Assembly: GCA_963782055.1 (NCBI GenBank)
Contig: CAWAIF010000003.1
Location: forward strand, 1,344,001 to 1,408,000
Reading direction: 5' to 3'
DNA length: 64,000 nucleotides
From: an uncultured delta proteobacterium
Lineage (GTDB): Bacteria; Myxococcota_A; Polyangia; Polyangiales; Polyangiaceae
This document shows, one piece after another, positions 20,468-29,741 of this stretch. Below the pieces are notes generated by a model, which saw only the letters and a list, made by a program, of their open reading frames with translations, ran no database searches and was not told the DNA's origin. The position numbers were made by a program, and so were the translations under genes. Position 1 is the stretch's first letter; each line of letters opens with the position of its first letter.

Positions 20468-20530
20468 TCGCCGCGCGACCGGCGGGGGGACGCGCCTCCC
20501 GTTGCGCTCGCCTCTGGTACAACCGTTTCC

Positions 20531-21838
20531 ATGGGCTGCTGGCACTACTACCTCCCGGAGGAAGGCAAGGAGGCGGCCTTCTCCATCGACGCCTCGCGCA
20601 TCGTCTTCGGGCGAGGCGCGGTGCGGGAGGTGGGCGAGCACGCGCGCGCGCTCGGCTGCGCCCGCGTGGCGCTCTTCACCGACCCCCGCGTCGGCGGCAT
20701 GGAGCACGTGCGCCGCGCGCGCGAGTCGTTGCAGAATGCACGTATCGACGTGGCGCTCTACGACGCCGTCCACGTCGAGCCCACCGACGCCTCCTTCCGC
20801 GAGGCCGCGCGCTTCGCCGCGGACGGTCGCTTCGACGGCTACGTCTCGGTGGGCGGCGGGTCGGTCATGGACACGTGCAAGGCTGCCGCGCTCTACGCGA
20901 CCTACCCCGCGGACTTCCTCGACTACGTCAATCGCCCGGTGGGCGCTGGCAAGCCGGTGCCCGGCCCGCTGCCGCCGCACGTCGCGTGTCCGACGACGTG
21001 CGGGACGGGCAGCGAGACCACCGGCATCGCCATCTGCGACGTGCTCGACCTGAAGGCGAAGACCGGCATCGCCTCCGCGCGCCTGCGCCCGTCGCTCGCG
21101 CTCGTCGACCCCGACGCCACGGGCAGCCTCCCGTCGCAGGTCGTCGCCGCGAGCGGCTACGACGTCCTCTGCCACGCGCTGGAGTCCTTCACCGCGCGCC
21201 CCTTCACCGCCCGCGACCCCGCCTCGCCGCCGGGCGCCCGGCCGATGAGCCAGGGCGCCAACCCGTGGAGCGACGTGGGCAGTCGTGAGGCGCTGCGCCT
21301 GGCCGGCGCCTACCTGGTGCGCGCAGTGCGCGATCCGGCCGACGCCGAGGCGCGGGAGAAGCTCATGTGGGCGGCCACGCTCGCCGGCGTCGCCTTCGGC
21401 AACGCGGGGGTGCACCTGCCGCACGGCATGGCCTACGCCGTCGCCGGCCTGGTGCGCGACTTCCGCATGCCCGGCTACCCCGACGCCGAGCCGATGGTGC
21501 CGCACGGCGTCTCGGTCGTGGTGAGCGCGCCGAGCGTCTTCCGCTTCACCGCGCCGGCGTGCCCGGATCGCCACCTGGAGGCGGCCGCCATCCTGGGCGC
21601 CGATGTGCGCGGCGCGACGCCGGAGGACGCCGGCGAGGTGCTCGCCTCCGCGCTGGCGAAGGCGATGCAGGACACCGGCATCCCCAACGGCCTCGGCGCG
21701 GTGGGCTACGCGGACGGGGACGTGGGCGCGCTCACCCGCGGCACCCTCGTGCAGCAGCGTCTGCTGAGTAACGCCCCGCGCGCGGTGGGCGAGGCCGAGT
21801 TCGGCGATCTCTTCCGCGGCGCGATGCGCTACTGGTGA
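20531..21838 (+). CDS. Hydroxyacid-oxoacid transhydrogenase (Fe-ADH family)
   Basis: [56 protein letters not shown]. Confidence 0.9.
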   Translation: MGCWHYYLPEEGKEAAFSIDASRIVFGRGAVREVGEHARALGCARVALFTDPRVGGMEHVRRARESLQNARIDVALYDAVHVEPTDASFREAARFAADGRFDGYVSVGGGSVMDTCKAAALYATYPADFLDYVNRPVGAGKPVPGPLPPHVACPTTCGTGSETTGIAICDVLDLKAKTGIASARLRPSLALVDPDATGSLPSQVVAASGYDVLCHALESFTARPFTARDPASPPGARPMSQGANPWSDVGSREALRLAGAYLVRAVRDPADAEAREKLMWAATLAGVAFGNAGVHLPHGMAYAVAGLVRDFRMPGYPDAEPMVPHGVSVVVSAPSVFRFTAPACPDRHLEAAAILGADVRGATPEDAGEVLASALAKAMQDTGIPNGLGAVGYADGDVGALTRGTLVQQRLLSNAPRAVGEAEFGDLFRGAMRYW

Positions 21839-21842
21839 CGCC

Positions 21843-22286
21843 ATGCCCGACAAGCCCGCGCCGCCGGCGGACACGCGCGCCGACTACCCGCACCTGCTCC
21901 GCGTGCCGACGCGCTGGATGGACAACGACGTCTACGGCCACGTAAACAACGTCGTGTACTACGCGTACTTCGACACCGTCATCAACCGCTGGCTCGTCGG
22001 CGAGGGCGGGCTGGACGTCGCGCGTGACCCGGTGATCGGCGTGTGCGTCGAGTCGCAGTGTCGCTACCTCCGGTCGGTCGCGTTCCCGGAGGACGTCGAC
22101 GCGGGCCTGCGGGTGGTCACCCTGGGCACGAGCAGCGTGCGCTACGAGATCGGCATCTTCCGCGCGGACACAGAGGACCTGTGCGCGGCCGGCTCCTTCG
22201 TCCACGTGTTCGTCGACCGCGCGACGCGCAAGCCGTCACCCATCCCGGCGGGTGTGCGGGCCGCGCTGGCGCGGATCGCCCGCTGA
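21843..22286 (+). CDS. Acyl-CoA thioesterase (4HBT/YbgC-like)
   Basis: [22 protein letters not shown]. Confidence 0.92.
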   Translation: MPDKPAPPADTRADYPHLLRVPTRWMDNDVYGHVNNVVYYAYFDTVINRWLVGEGGLDVARDPVIGVCVESQCRYLRSVAFPEDVDAGLRVVTLGTSSVRYEIGIFRADTEDLCAAGSFVHVFVDRATRKPSPIPAGVRAALARIAR

Positions 22287-23609
22287 TCAGGGGACGGACA
22301 CGGCGATGTAGCCGCCGCTGCCGGTGGTCCCAGCGGCCCCGCCGCCGGCGGCAGGAGCCTGGTAGTAAGCGTGGTTGGTGTTCGGCGCGATGGTGCCGTT
22401 GCCCGTGGCGGTGGACCCGCCGGTGCCGGTCGGGTCGACGTACCCGCCGCCGCCACCACCGCCCTTGCCGCCTGGGCACCCCAGCGCGCCGGGCGACCCG
22501 GCACCTCCGCCGTAGAACCCGCCGCCGCCACCGCCGCCGGTGTAGCCACCGGTGCCGCCGCCAGGCATTCCGCCCGGGGTCAGCTTGGGGTTCCAGCTGC
22601 CTCCCTGGAGCTGCGTTCCGGCGGGCGCGGTGTTGCACGCGGTGCCGCCCTTGCCGCCCGCGGTCGTCGTGCCCCCCTTGCCGCCTCCCGTGCCGACGCC
22701 GTCTTCGCCAGCCGCCCCGCTTCCGGCCCCGCCCGCCGTGCCGGCGGCGCTCTGGCCTTGCTGGAAGGAGTAGTAGCCGCCGCCTCCTCCGCCACCGCCG
22801 CCGGCGACGATCAGGTACGGCGTGCCGCCGTCGGTGGTGGGGGTGACCCCGGCGTCCAGCAGGTCTCCGCGCGCCACCGCGGAGTAGCCGCCGCCACCGC
22901 CGCCGCGCCCCTGCGTGTTGTTGTTCAGACCGCCGGTGCCGCCGGTCGCGACGATGAGCGTCAGCGTCTCCCCCGGCGTGACCGGGAAGGTCGCCTCGGC
23001 GAAGCCGCCCGCCCCGCCCGCGGCGCCGGAGAGCTTGTTGTTGCTGGCCATGCCGCCGCCGCCGCCTCCCGCGCCCCACGCGGTGATGGTCGCGTTGTTC
23101 ACGTCGTCCGGCACGACGAAGGTCGTCGACGTGTCGGTCGCGAGCAGCAGGTGGCCGACGCGGATCGTCAGCGGTCGCGACGCCGTCAGCCCGGTGGGCG
23201 TGCTCTGCGCCGACACCGCGACCTGGAGCACCTGTCCGGGGGTGACCGTCTTGTCGGCGAAGACGTTGAGCGTGCCGGTGCTCGCGTTGCCCGGGATGAT
23301 CGCCGAGCCGCTGATGCCCGACGCGCCCGTCACGGTGATCGCGACCGCCTCGGAGAAGCCGTCCTTGCGCGCCAGCGTGATGGCGACCGGGCCGCTCGCG
23401 CCGGCGGGCTCCAGCACCAGCTGCCCCGGCGTGATGGTCATGTCGTAGCTCGGGTTGGTCGCCGCCTCGAAGGGCGCGTCGACGCACCCGCCGTCGGCGC
23501 AGGGGTCCTGCACCGCGAGGTCGCGGTCCTGCAGACCGGCGATGGCCTCGCACCCGACAGCCGCCGCCAGGGCGAGGGCGCCCACGAAAGCCATGCGAAG
23601 CGCGCGCAT
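22287..23609 (-). CDS. Glycine-rich lipoprotein
   Basis: Lipobox AVGC; AWGAGGGGG...GGAGGF...VTPGETLTLIV...LIVAGGGGG Gly-rich domain. Confidence 0.85.
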   Translation of the reverse strand: MRALRMAFVGALALAAAVGCEAIAGLQDRDLAVQDPCADGGCVDAPFEAATNPSYDMTITPGQLVLEPAGASGPVAITLARKDGFSEAVAITVTGASGISGSAIIPGNASTGTLNVFADKTVTPGQVLQVAVSAQSTPTGLTASRPLTIRVGHLLLATDTSTTFVVPDDVNNATITAWGAGGGGGGMASNNKLSGAAGGAGGFAEATFPVTPGETLTLIVATGGTGGLNNNTQGRGGGGGGYSAVARGDLLDAGVTPTTDGGTPYLIVAGGGGGGGGGYYSFQQGQSAAGTAGGAGSGAAGEDGVGTGGGKGGTTTAGGKGGTACNTAPAGTQLQGGSWNPKLTPGGMPGGGTGGYTGGGGGGGFYGGGAGSPGALGCPGGKGGGGGGGYVDPTGTGGSTATGNGTIAPNTNHAYYQAPAAGGGAAGTTGSGGYIAVSVP

Positions 23610-23610
23610 C

Positions 23611-24588
23611 CTAGAACCTCCCTCCGACGGTGATCCCCCCGCCGTTCCGCCCGATCGCCGGCGCGACGCCGAGCGAGCCGATCGTCGGCGTGACGTGGTG
23701 CTTGGCCGTCGCGACGAGGTACGCGCCCACCGCCGCCGCGGCCACGCCGACGGGGATGAGCACGTCGCTCAGCACCGCGAAGGTGTGCGCGGAGGAGTTC
23801 TTGTCCAGCGCGTCCTGCGTGGGACACGGCCCGCCGGGGCACGCGTCGTTCACCTCGCCGGCGAGGGAGAGCGTCATCACGCCGAAGACGATCCCGGCGC
23901 CGAGCACGGCGGCGCCCCCGCCGACGGCGACCCAGCCGCCGATGAGCTTGGGCTGGGAGGTCTCGTAGTGCGGCTGCTCCGCCGGCGGCGGCGTCGTCAC
24001 CTTGGGCGTCGGGGGAGGGGGCGGCGGCGCGGCGTCCTCGAGCGCGGGCATCGCCACGTCCTTGGTCTCGCCGGGGTCCACGTGAAAGTGCGTGGTGGAG
24101 GTCTTCTTCTTCGGCGCGGAGACCTCGAGGGTGTGGTCGCCCGGGTCGATGGCGAAGGACGTGCCCAGCACCGCGGCGTCGAGCGTCTTGCCGTCCAGCT
24201 TCATCGTCGTGCCGACGTCCGCCGCGCCGGTGATGGTGGTGTGCGGGAGCTGCGGCTCGATCGCCGCGACGCGCTCCTTCGCGATGGCGAGGCGCTTGCG
24301 GTCGTGCGTCGCCAGCCGCGCCAGCTCCTTGTACTCGCCCCACGCGCTGGCGATCTTGCCCTGCAGCTCGTAGCAGTGGGCGAGGTTGAGGCGCGTGCCG
24401 AGCGTGGGCGAGAGGCGCAGGCTCTCGGCGAACTTGGGACACGCCTCGTCGAACTTGCCGGCGTCGACGAGGTGGCGGGCGTCGTCGAAGAGGCCCTCGG
24501 CGATGGCGGTGTTGTCTCCCTGGGCGCGCGCCACGCCGCCGGCGCAGACGAGGGCGGCGAGGATGGGGAGGGCGAGGTGCGCCTTCAT
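23611..24588 (-). CDS. TPR + PEGA-like domain membrane protein
   Basis: AEGLFDDAR...ACPKFAES..L.PTLGT.LNLA.CYE..GK.ASAW; IDPGDHTLEVSAP; two C-terminal TM segments. Confidence 0.85.
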   Translation of the reverse strand: MKAHLALPILAALVCAGGVARAQGDNTAIAEGLFDDARHLVDAGKFDEACPKFAESLRLSPTLGTRLNLAHCYELQGKIASAWGEYKELARLATHDRKRLAIAKERVAAIEPQLPHTTITGAADVGTTMKLDGKTLDAAVLGTSFAIDPGDHTLEVSAPKKKTSTTHFHVDPGETKDVAMPALEDAAPPPPPPTPKVTTPPPAEQPHYETSQPKLIGGWVAVGGGAAVLGAGIVFGVMTLSLAGEVNDACPGGPCPTQDALDKNSSAHTFAVLSDVLIPVGVAAAAVGAYLVATAKHHVTPTIGSLGVAPAIGRNGGGITVGGRF

Positions 24589-26066
24589 CGCGCCCAGGGG
24601 TCCTCGTTCTTGTCCGCGGGCCGCGCCGTCGCCGTCGCCCTCGCGGTCGCCGGCGGGGGCGCGGTCAGGTCCATCGTCGCGGTGGCGGTGACCGTCGGCG
24701 CGGCCGTGGCGCTCGCGGTCGCGCTCGGCGCTTCGGCGCTGGCGGACGCGCTCGCCGTCGTGTCGGCCTTCGCGGTGGTCGCCTGGTTCGCGGCTGTCGT
24801 CGCGGTGGTGGTGGTCGGCGCGGGTGGTGTCGCGACGGCTGGCGCCTGGGTCACGACGGGCGCCTCATGGCGCGCCTGCCACACGCGGAAGCTCACGAAG
24901 CCGACGGCCGCCACGGCGAAGACCGCCAGCAGGCCCACCCAGAAGGAGAGGAGCGAGCGCGGCGGCGGCTCCGCCTCGATCCCCGGCTCCCTGCCAGGGA
25001 GCGAGGCCGCGCTGGGGTAGGAGCTCGTGCCGGCCACGGAGCCTGCCCCGGGGAAGGAGCTGGTGCCGGGCAACGAACCCGCGGGCGGCGGGAGACTCGG
25101 CGCGGAGGCGAACCCGGGCGCCGGCGCCGGCTGCACGCCGGAGTGTGACTGCGTCGCCGGCGCGAGCGTGGCGTTCATGGAGATGGACGCGGGCAGGGGC
25201 AGACCGAGCGCCTCCGCCAGCGCCTCCACCTGCTCGCCGGCCGTGGCCCAGCGTCTCGCCGGATCGCGATGGCACGAGCGCAGGAACCACGCGTCGAACC
25301 CGGGTACCGCCGCGAGACGGGGGTTCTGCGTGCTGGGCGGTGGCATCGGGTCGTTGAGGATCATCGACATCAGCTCGCCGGTCGTCGCCGACGGCCAGTA
25401 GCTGGCCCCCGCCAGAAACCGGTACGCGAGCATGCCCAGCGCCCACACGTCCGTCTGCGGCCCCACGGGGTGGTTGCGCACCTGCTCGGGCGCCATGAAG
25501 TACGGCGTGCCGAGGAGCGTGCCGGCCTGCGTCGCCTCGGCGTCCTGCATGTCGTCGCGGATCTTGGCGACGCCGAAGTCCAGCAGCTTGACGACCTCGA
25601 TGCCGTCGTCGCGGCTGTGCAGGAAGATGTTCTCCGGCTTGATGTCGCGGTGGACGATGCCGGCGGCGTGGGCGCGATCCAGCGCGCGGCCCACCTGCCA
25701 CAAGATCCCCAGCGCCTGCTCAGGAGTGAAGGCGCCCAGCCGGCGCATGCGCCGCCGGCTGTCCTCTCCCTCCAGCAGCTCCATCACCAGGAAGGGCACG
25801 CCGCCGAGCTCCGGCGACATGTCGGCGTCGATGATGCGCACCACGTGCTCGCTCTTGATCTTCGCCGCGGCGCGGGCCTCCCGGCGGAAGCGCTCCACGA
25901 TCTCCGGGCTGTCACCGAACATGCGGTGGAGCACCTTGAGCGCGAGCTGATCGCCGGTGTGGATGTGCTCCACCAGCATCACCGCGCCCATGCCCCCTCG
26001 GCCGATCTCCCCGATGACGCGGTAGCGCCCGGCCACGACCATCTCTGCGGTGGATGGCCCCATCAT
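24585..26066 (-). CDS. Ser/Thr protein kinase with TM helix
   Basis: IGRGGMGAV, LALK, HRDIKPEN, DFG, FMAPEQ; ends EDPWAR. Confidence 0.95.
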   Translation of the reverse strand: MMGPSTAEMVVAGRYRVIGEIGRGGMGAVMLVEHIHTGDQLALKVLHRMFGDSPEIVERFRREARAAAKIKSEHVVRIIDADMSPELGGVPFLVMELLEGEDSRRRMRRLGAFTPEQALGILWQVGRALDRAHAAGIVHRDIKPENIFLHSRDDGIEVVKLLDFGVAKIRDDMQDAEATQAGTLLGTPYFMAPEQVRNHPVGPQTDVWALGMLAYRFLAGASYWPSATTGELMSMILNDPMPPPSTQNPRLAAVPGFDAWFLRSCHRDPARRWATAGEQVEALAEALGLPLPASISMNATLAPATQSHSGVQPAPAPGFASAPSLPPPAGSLPGTSSFPGAGSVAGTSSYPSAASLPGREPGIEAEPPPRSLLSFWVGLLAVFAVAAVGFVSFRVWQARHEAPVVTQAPAVATPPAPTTTTATTAANQATTAKADTTASASASAEAPSATASATAAPTVTATATMDLTAPPPATARATATARPADKNEDPWAR

Positions 26067-26122
26067 CGACGCCCGAGCCTACCACACGAGCCGCTCGGCA
26101 AAGTCTCACCCTTGCGTGAGGC

Positions 26123-26169
26123 TTGACACCCCTCGACACCCATACTACCAACCCTTACGTAAGCGTAAG
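26123..26169 (+). promoter_or_regulatory. Putative sigma70 promoter and palindromic MerR-type operator
   Basis: TTGACA (26123)-17 nt-TACCAA; inverted repeat CTTACG-TAAG-CGTAAG at 26154-26169 just before the ATG. Confidence 0.6.
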
Positions 26170-26171
26170 AC

Positions 26172-26711
26172 ATGTCCGAGATCGTCCGCCTCCCCATCGC
26201 CACCGACCCCTCCACGGGAGAGGTGCGCCCGGAAGAGGTGATGCAAGTGGGCGATCTGGCGCGGGAAACGGGCAAGACCGTCCGTGCCATCCACCTCTAC
26301 GACGAGCTGGGCCTGCTCCAACCGCTGGGTCGCTCCAAGGGTCGCTACCGGCTCTACGGGCCCGACGCCCTCCTTCGCATTCGCTGGATCGGCAAGCTCC
26401 AGGACATGGGCTTCAGCCTCACCGACATCCAGACCGTCGTGCGCGACTGGGAGGCCTCCGGCTCCGCCCCCCGCGCGATGACGAAGATGCGTGAGGTCTA
26501 CAAGAACAAGCTGGAGGAGACGCGCAAGCACCTCCGCCGCCTCGCCCAGCTCGAGCGCGAGCTGCAGGCGAGCCTCCACTACCTGGACACGTGCGAGGTG
26601 TGCGAGCCGGACCGCCTGCTCACCGCGTGCAACGCGTGCGACCACCACGACTGCGAGCACTCGGTGCCCGAGCTGGTGGCCGGCTTCCGCGCGAATCCCG
26701 AGAGGATGTGA
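26172..26711 (+). CDS. MerR-family regulator with Cys-rich C-terminus
   Basis: [26 protein letters not shown]...GRYRLY...GFSLTDI; C-terminus [23 protein letters not shown]. Confidence 0.92.
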   Translation: MSEIVRLPIATDPSTGEVRPEEVMQVGDLARETGKTVRAIHLYDELGLLQPLGRSKGRYRLYGPDALLRIRWIGKLQDMGFSLTDIQTVVRDWEASGSAPRAMTKMREVYKNKLEETRKHLRRLAQLERELQASLHYLDTCEVCEPDRLLTACNACDHHDCEHSVPELVAGFRANPERM

Positions 26712-26747
26712 ATGAGCTCACATCCCTCTCAGGACAGGTCTCAGGGC

Positions 26748-26791
26748 CGGCACGCGCCGCCCCTCCCCACCCAAGTGAATTGGGCGGGGCC
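26748..26791 (+). repeat. 44-bp hairpin repeat, copy before iscS
   Basis: CGGCACGCGCCGCCCCTCCCCACCCAAGTGAATTGGGCGGGGCC; near-identical to 28054-28097. Confidence 0.85.
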
Positions 26792-26806
26792 ACTCTGAGG
26801 ACATCC

Positions 26807-28030
26807 ATGGCCGTCAAGCTTCCCATCTTCATGGACAACCACTCGACCACGCCGGTGGACCCGCGCGTGCTCGAGGAGATGCTGCCGTACTTCACCGAGA
26901 AGTTCGGCAACGCGGCGAGCCGCAGCCACGTCTTCGGCTGGGTGGCGGAGGAAGCGGTCGGCCACGCGCGCGAGCGCATCGCCCAGCTCATCGGCGCGTC
27001 GAGCGAGAAGGAGATCGTCTTCACCTCCGGCGCGACGGAGTCGGACAACCTGGCGCTCAAGGGTGTGGCCGAGTTCTACAAGGACAAGGGCGACCACATC
27101 ATCACGACGGTGACCGAGCACAAGGCCATCCTGGACACGTGCAAGCGCCTGGAGAAGGAGGGCTTCCAGGTCACCTACCTGGGCGTGGACAAGACCGGCC
27201 GGGTCGACCCGGACGACGTGAAGAAGGCCATCACCGACAAGACCATCCTGGTCAGCATCATGCTCGCCAACAACGAGATCGGCACGGTGCAGCCGCTCGA
27301 GGCCATCGGCAAGATCACCCGCGAGAAGGGCGTGCTGCTCCACTCCGACGCGGTGCAGGGCGTCGGCAAGGTGGACTTCGACGTCCAGAAGATGAACGTG
27401 GACCTCGCCTCCATCACCGCCCACAAGATGTACGGGCCGAAGGGCGTCGGCGCGCTGTACGTGCGGCGCAGCAAGCCGCGCGTGCGCGTCGTCGCGCAGA
27501 TGGACGGCGGCGGTCACGAGCGCGGCATGCGCTCCGGCACCCTCAACGTCCCCGGGATCGTCGGCTTCGGCAAGGCGGCGGAGATCATGCGCACCGAGGG
27601 CAAGGAGGAGAACGCCCGCATCCTCGCCCTGCGCGAGCGCCTCCGCGCGAAGTTCATGGACAGCCTGGAAGAGGTGTACGTCAACGGATCGATGGAGCAC
27701 CGCCACCCCGGCAACCTCAACGTCTCCTTCAACTTCGTCGAGGGCGAGGCCATGATGATGGCCATCAAGGACGTGGCGGTCAGCTCCGGCTCGGCGTGCA
27801 CCTCCGCCAGCCTGGAGCCGAGCTACGTGCTCCGCGCCCTCGGCGCTTCGGACGAGCTGGCGCACTCCAGCATTCGCTTCGGCCTCGGCCGCTTCAACAC
27901 GCAGGAAGAGGTCGACTACGTGGCCGACCTCGTCATCGGCAAGGTGAAGCACCTGCGCGACATGTCCCCCCTCTGGGAGATGCACAAGGAAGGCATCGAC
28001 CTCAAATCCGTCCAGTGGGCCGCTCATTGA
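26807..28030 (+). CDS. iscS: Cysteine desulfurase IscS
   Basis: [62 protein letters not shown]. Confidence 0.97.
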   Translation: MAVKLPIFMDNHSTTPVDPRVLEEMLPYFTEKFGNAASRSHVFGWVAEEAVGHARERIAQLIGASSEKEIVFTSGATESDNLALKGVAEFYKDKGDHIITTVTEHKAILDTCKRLEKEGFQVTYLGVDKTGRVDPDDVKKAITDKTILVSIMLANNEIGTVQPLEAIGKITREKGVLLHSDAVQGVGKVDFDVQKMNVDLASITAHKMYGPKGVGALYVRRSKPRVRVVAQMDGGGHERGMRSGTLNVPGIVGFGKAAEIMRTEGKEENARILALRERLRAKFMDSLEEVYVNGSMEHRHPGNLNVSFNFVEGEAMMMAIKDVAVSSGSACTSASLEPSYVLRALGASDELAHSSIRFGLGRFNTQEEVDYVADLVIGKVKHLRDMSPLWEMHKEGIDLKSVQWAAH

Positions 28031-28053
28031 GCCCCTACCTGTTGTCACAGGGG

Positions 28054-28097
28054 CGGCACGCGCCGCCCCTCCCCGCCCAAGTGAATCGGGCGGGGCC
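28054..28097 (+). repeat. 44-bp hairpin repeat, copy after iscS
   Basis: CGGCACGCGCCGCCCCTCCCCGCCCAAGTGAATCGGGCGGGGCC. Confidence 0.85.
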
Positions 28098-28180
28098 CCT
28101 CCCCACGCGGGCCCTCCGCTACGCGTCGGGCATCTCAACCTGGTGATGTCTTCAACGAGTTCGAGAGGAGAACGAACGTC

Positions 28181-28576
28181 ATGGCGTACAGCGACAAGGT
28201 CATCGACCACGCCGAGAACCCGCGCAACGTGGGCACCCTCGACAAGAACGACCCTACCGTGGGCACTGGGCTCGTCGGCGCACCCGCGTGCGGCGACGTC
28301 ATGCGCCTGCAGATCAAGGTCAACGACCAGGGCGTCATCGAGGACGCCAAGTTCAAGACCTTCGGCTGCGGCTCGGCCATCGCCAGCTCGTCTCTCGCCA
28401 CCGAGTGGATCAAGGGCAAGAGCATCGACGAGGCGGAGAAGATCAAGAACGTCGACATCGTCACCGAGCTCAACCTGCCGCCGGTGAAGATCCACTGCTC
28501 GGTGCTGGCGGAGGACGCCATCAAGAGCGCCATCGCCGATTTCCGCGCGAAGAAGCAGGCGCGCGCAGCCAAGTGA
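28181..28576 (+). CDS. iscU: Fe-S scaffold IscU
   Basis: MAYSDKVIDH.ENPRNVG, GAPACGDVM, FKTFGCGSAIASSS, LPPVKIHCS. Confidence 0.98.
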   Translation: MAYSDKVIDHAENPRNVGTLDKNDPTVGTGLVGAPACGDVMRLQIKVNDQGVIEDAKFKTFGCGSAIASSSLATEWIKGKSIDEAEKIKNVDIVTELNLPPVKIHCSVLAEDAIKSAIADFRAKKQARAAK

Positions 28577-28619
28577 CCGGGGCGCGCGCCGCGCCGTCGC
28601 GCGACGCGTGCACAACGCC

Positions 28620-29015
28620 ATGAACACCCAGACTCCCAGCAAGACGACTGAAGCCGAGACCCCGGCGCGCGCGGCGATCACCGTGACGCCCAAGGCGGTC
28701 GAGGCCATCAAGAAGCAGGTGCACAAGCGCGGCGTGCCGGAGACGTCGCTGCGTCTCGGCATCCGTGGCGGCGGCTGCTCCGGCTTCTCCTACGTCATCG
28801 AGTTCCACGACGGCGCCCCGCGCGCGAAGGACCGCGTCTTCGACTACACCGCGGAGGACGGCACCCCGGTGCGCGTGGTGGTGGACCCGAAGAGCCTGAT
28901 CTACCTCGCCGGCACCGAGCTCGACTGGGAGCAGACGCTCATGTCGCAGGGCTTCAAGTTCAAGAACCCGAACGAGAAGACGAGCTGCGGCTGCGGGCAC
29001 AGCTTCACCGTCTAA
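28620..29015 (+). CDS. iscA: A-type Fe-S carrier IscA
   Basis: GGGCSGFSY, VDPKSLIYL.GTELD, FKNPN...SCGCGHSF. Confidence 0.93.
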   Translation: MNTQTPSKTTEAETPARAAITVTPKAVEAIKKQVHKRGVPETSLRLGIRGGGCSGFSYVIEFHDGAPRAKDRVFDYTAEDGTPVRVVVDPKSLIYLAGTELDWEQTLMSQGFKFKNPNEKTSCGCGHSFTV

Positions 29016-29215
29016 CTCCACTGCTGGAGACCTCATCCCATGATTCGCCATGTCCTCTCGGTCGAACCGCGGCAGCGGGACGACAGCGGCGAGGCCGCCG
29101 GAGTGTGTTTCGCCGGTGGCGACGGCCGCGAGGTTTGCCCGCCGGGGCTTCTCGCTGCCGCTCCTCGAGCGCGAGCGACGAGCAAGGTCGCGACAACCTT
29201 CCGGCAGTAGGACCA

Positions 29216-29740
29216 GTGGACCCCTTCGCCACCCTCGGCATCCCGCGCCGGTTCGACCTGGACCTCGGCGCGGTGGAGAAGACGCACCGCGAGCTCTCGC
29301 GCGCGCTTCACCCGGACCGCTACGCCGGCGCCTCGGCGAGCGAGCGGCGCGCCGCGCTCACCAAGGCGGCGGACGTCAACGAGGCGTGGCGCACGGTGCG
29401 CGATCCGGTGCGGCGCGCCGGGGCGCTCTTCGCCCTCGCCGGCGCCGCCGTGGGCGAGGACCGGGAGCCGAAGCCCGCGCCCGACTTCCTGATGGAGGTC
29501 ATGGAGCAGCGCGAGGCCCTGGCGGAGGCGAAGGCGGCGCGGGACGCCGCCCGCGTGCGGGCTCTGGCGCAGGACATCGAGGCCCGCGCGGCCGACGCGG
29601 AGCGACGCCTGGGGGCGGCGCTGGTGCCGGGTGCGCAGGCGGAATCATTGACCAGTCAACTCCCCGTCCTCGGCGAGCTGCGCTTCTACAAGCGCTTCCT
29701 CGAGGAGGTCGCCGTCATCGAAGAGGAGCTCGAGGCCTGA
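29216..29740 (+). CDS. hscB: Co-chaperone HscB
   Basis: J-domain [30 protein letters not shown]. Confidence 0.92.
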   Translation: MDPFATLGIPRRFDLDLGAVEKTHRELSRALHPDRYAGASASERRAALTKAADVNEAWRTVRDPVRRAGALFALAGAAVGEDREPKPAPDFLMEVMEQREALAEAKAARDAARVRALAQDIEARAADAERRLGAALVPGAQAESLTSQLPVLGELRFYKRFLEEVAVIEEELEA

Positions 29741-29741
29741 G

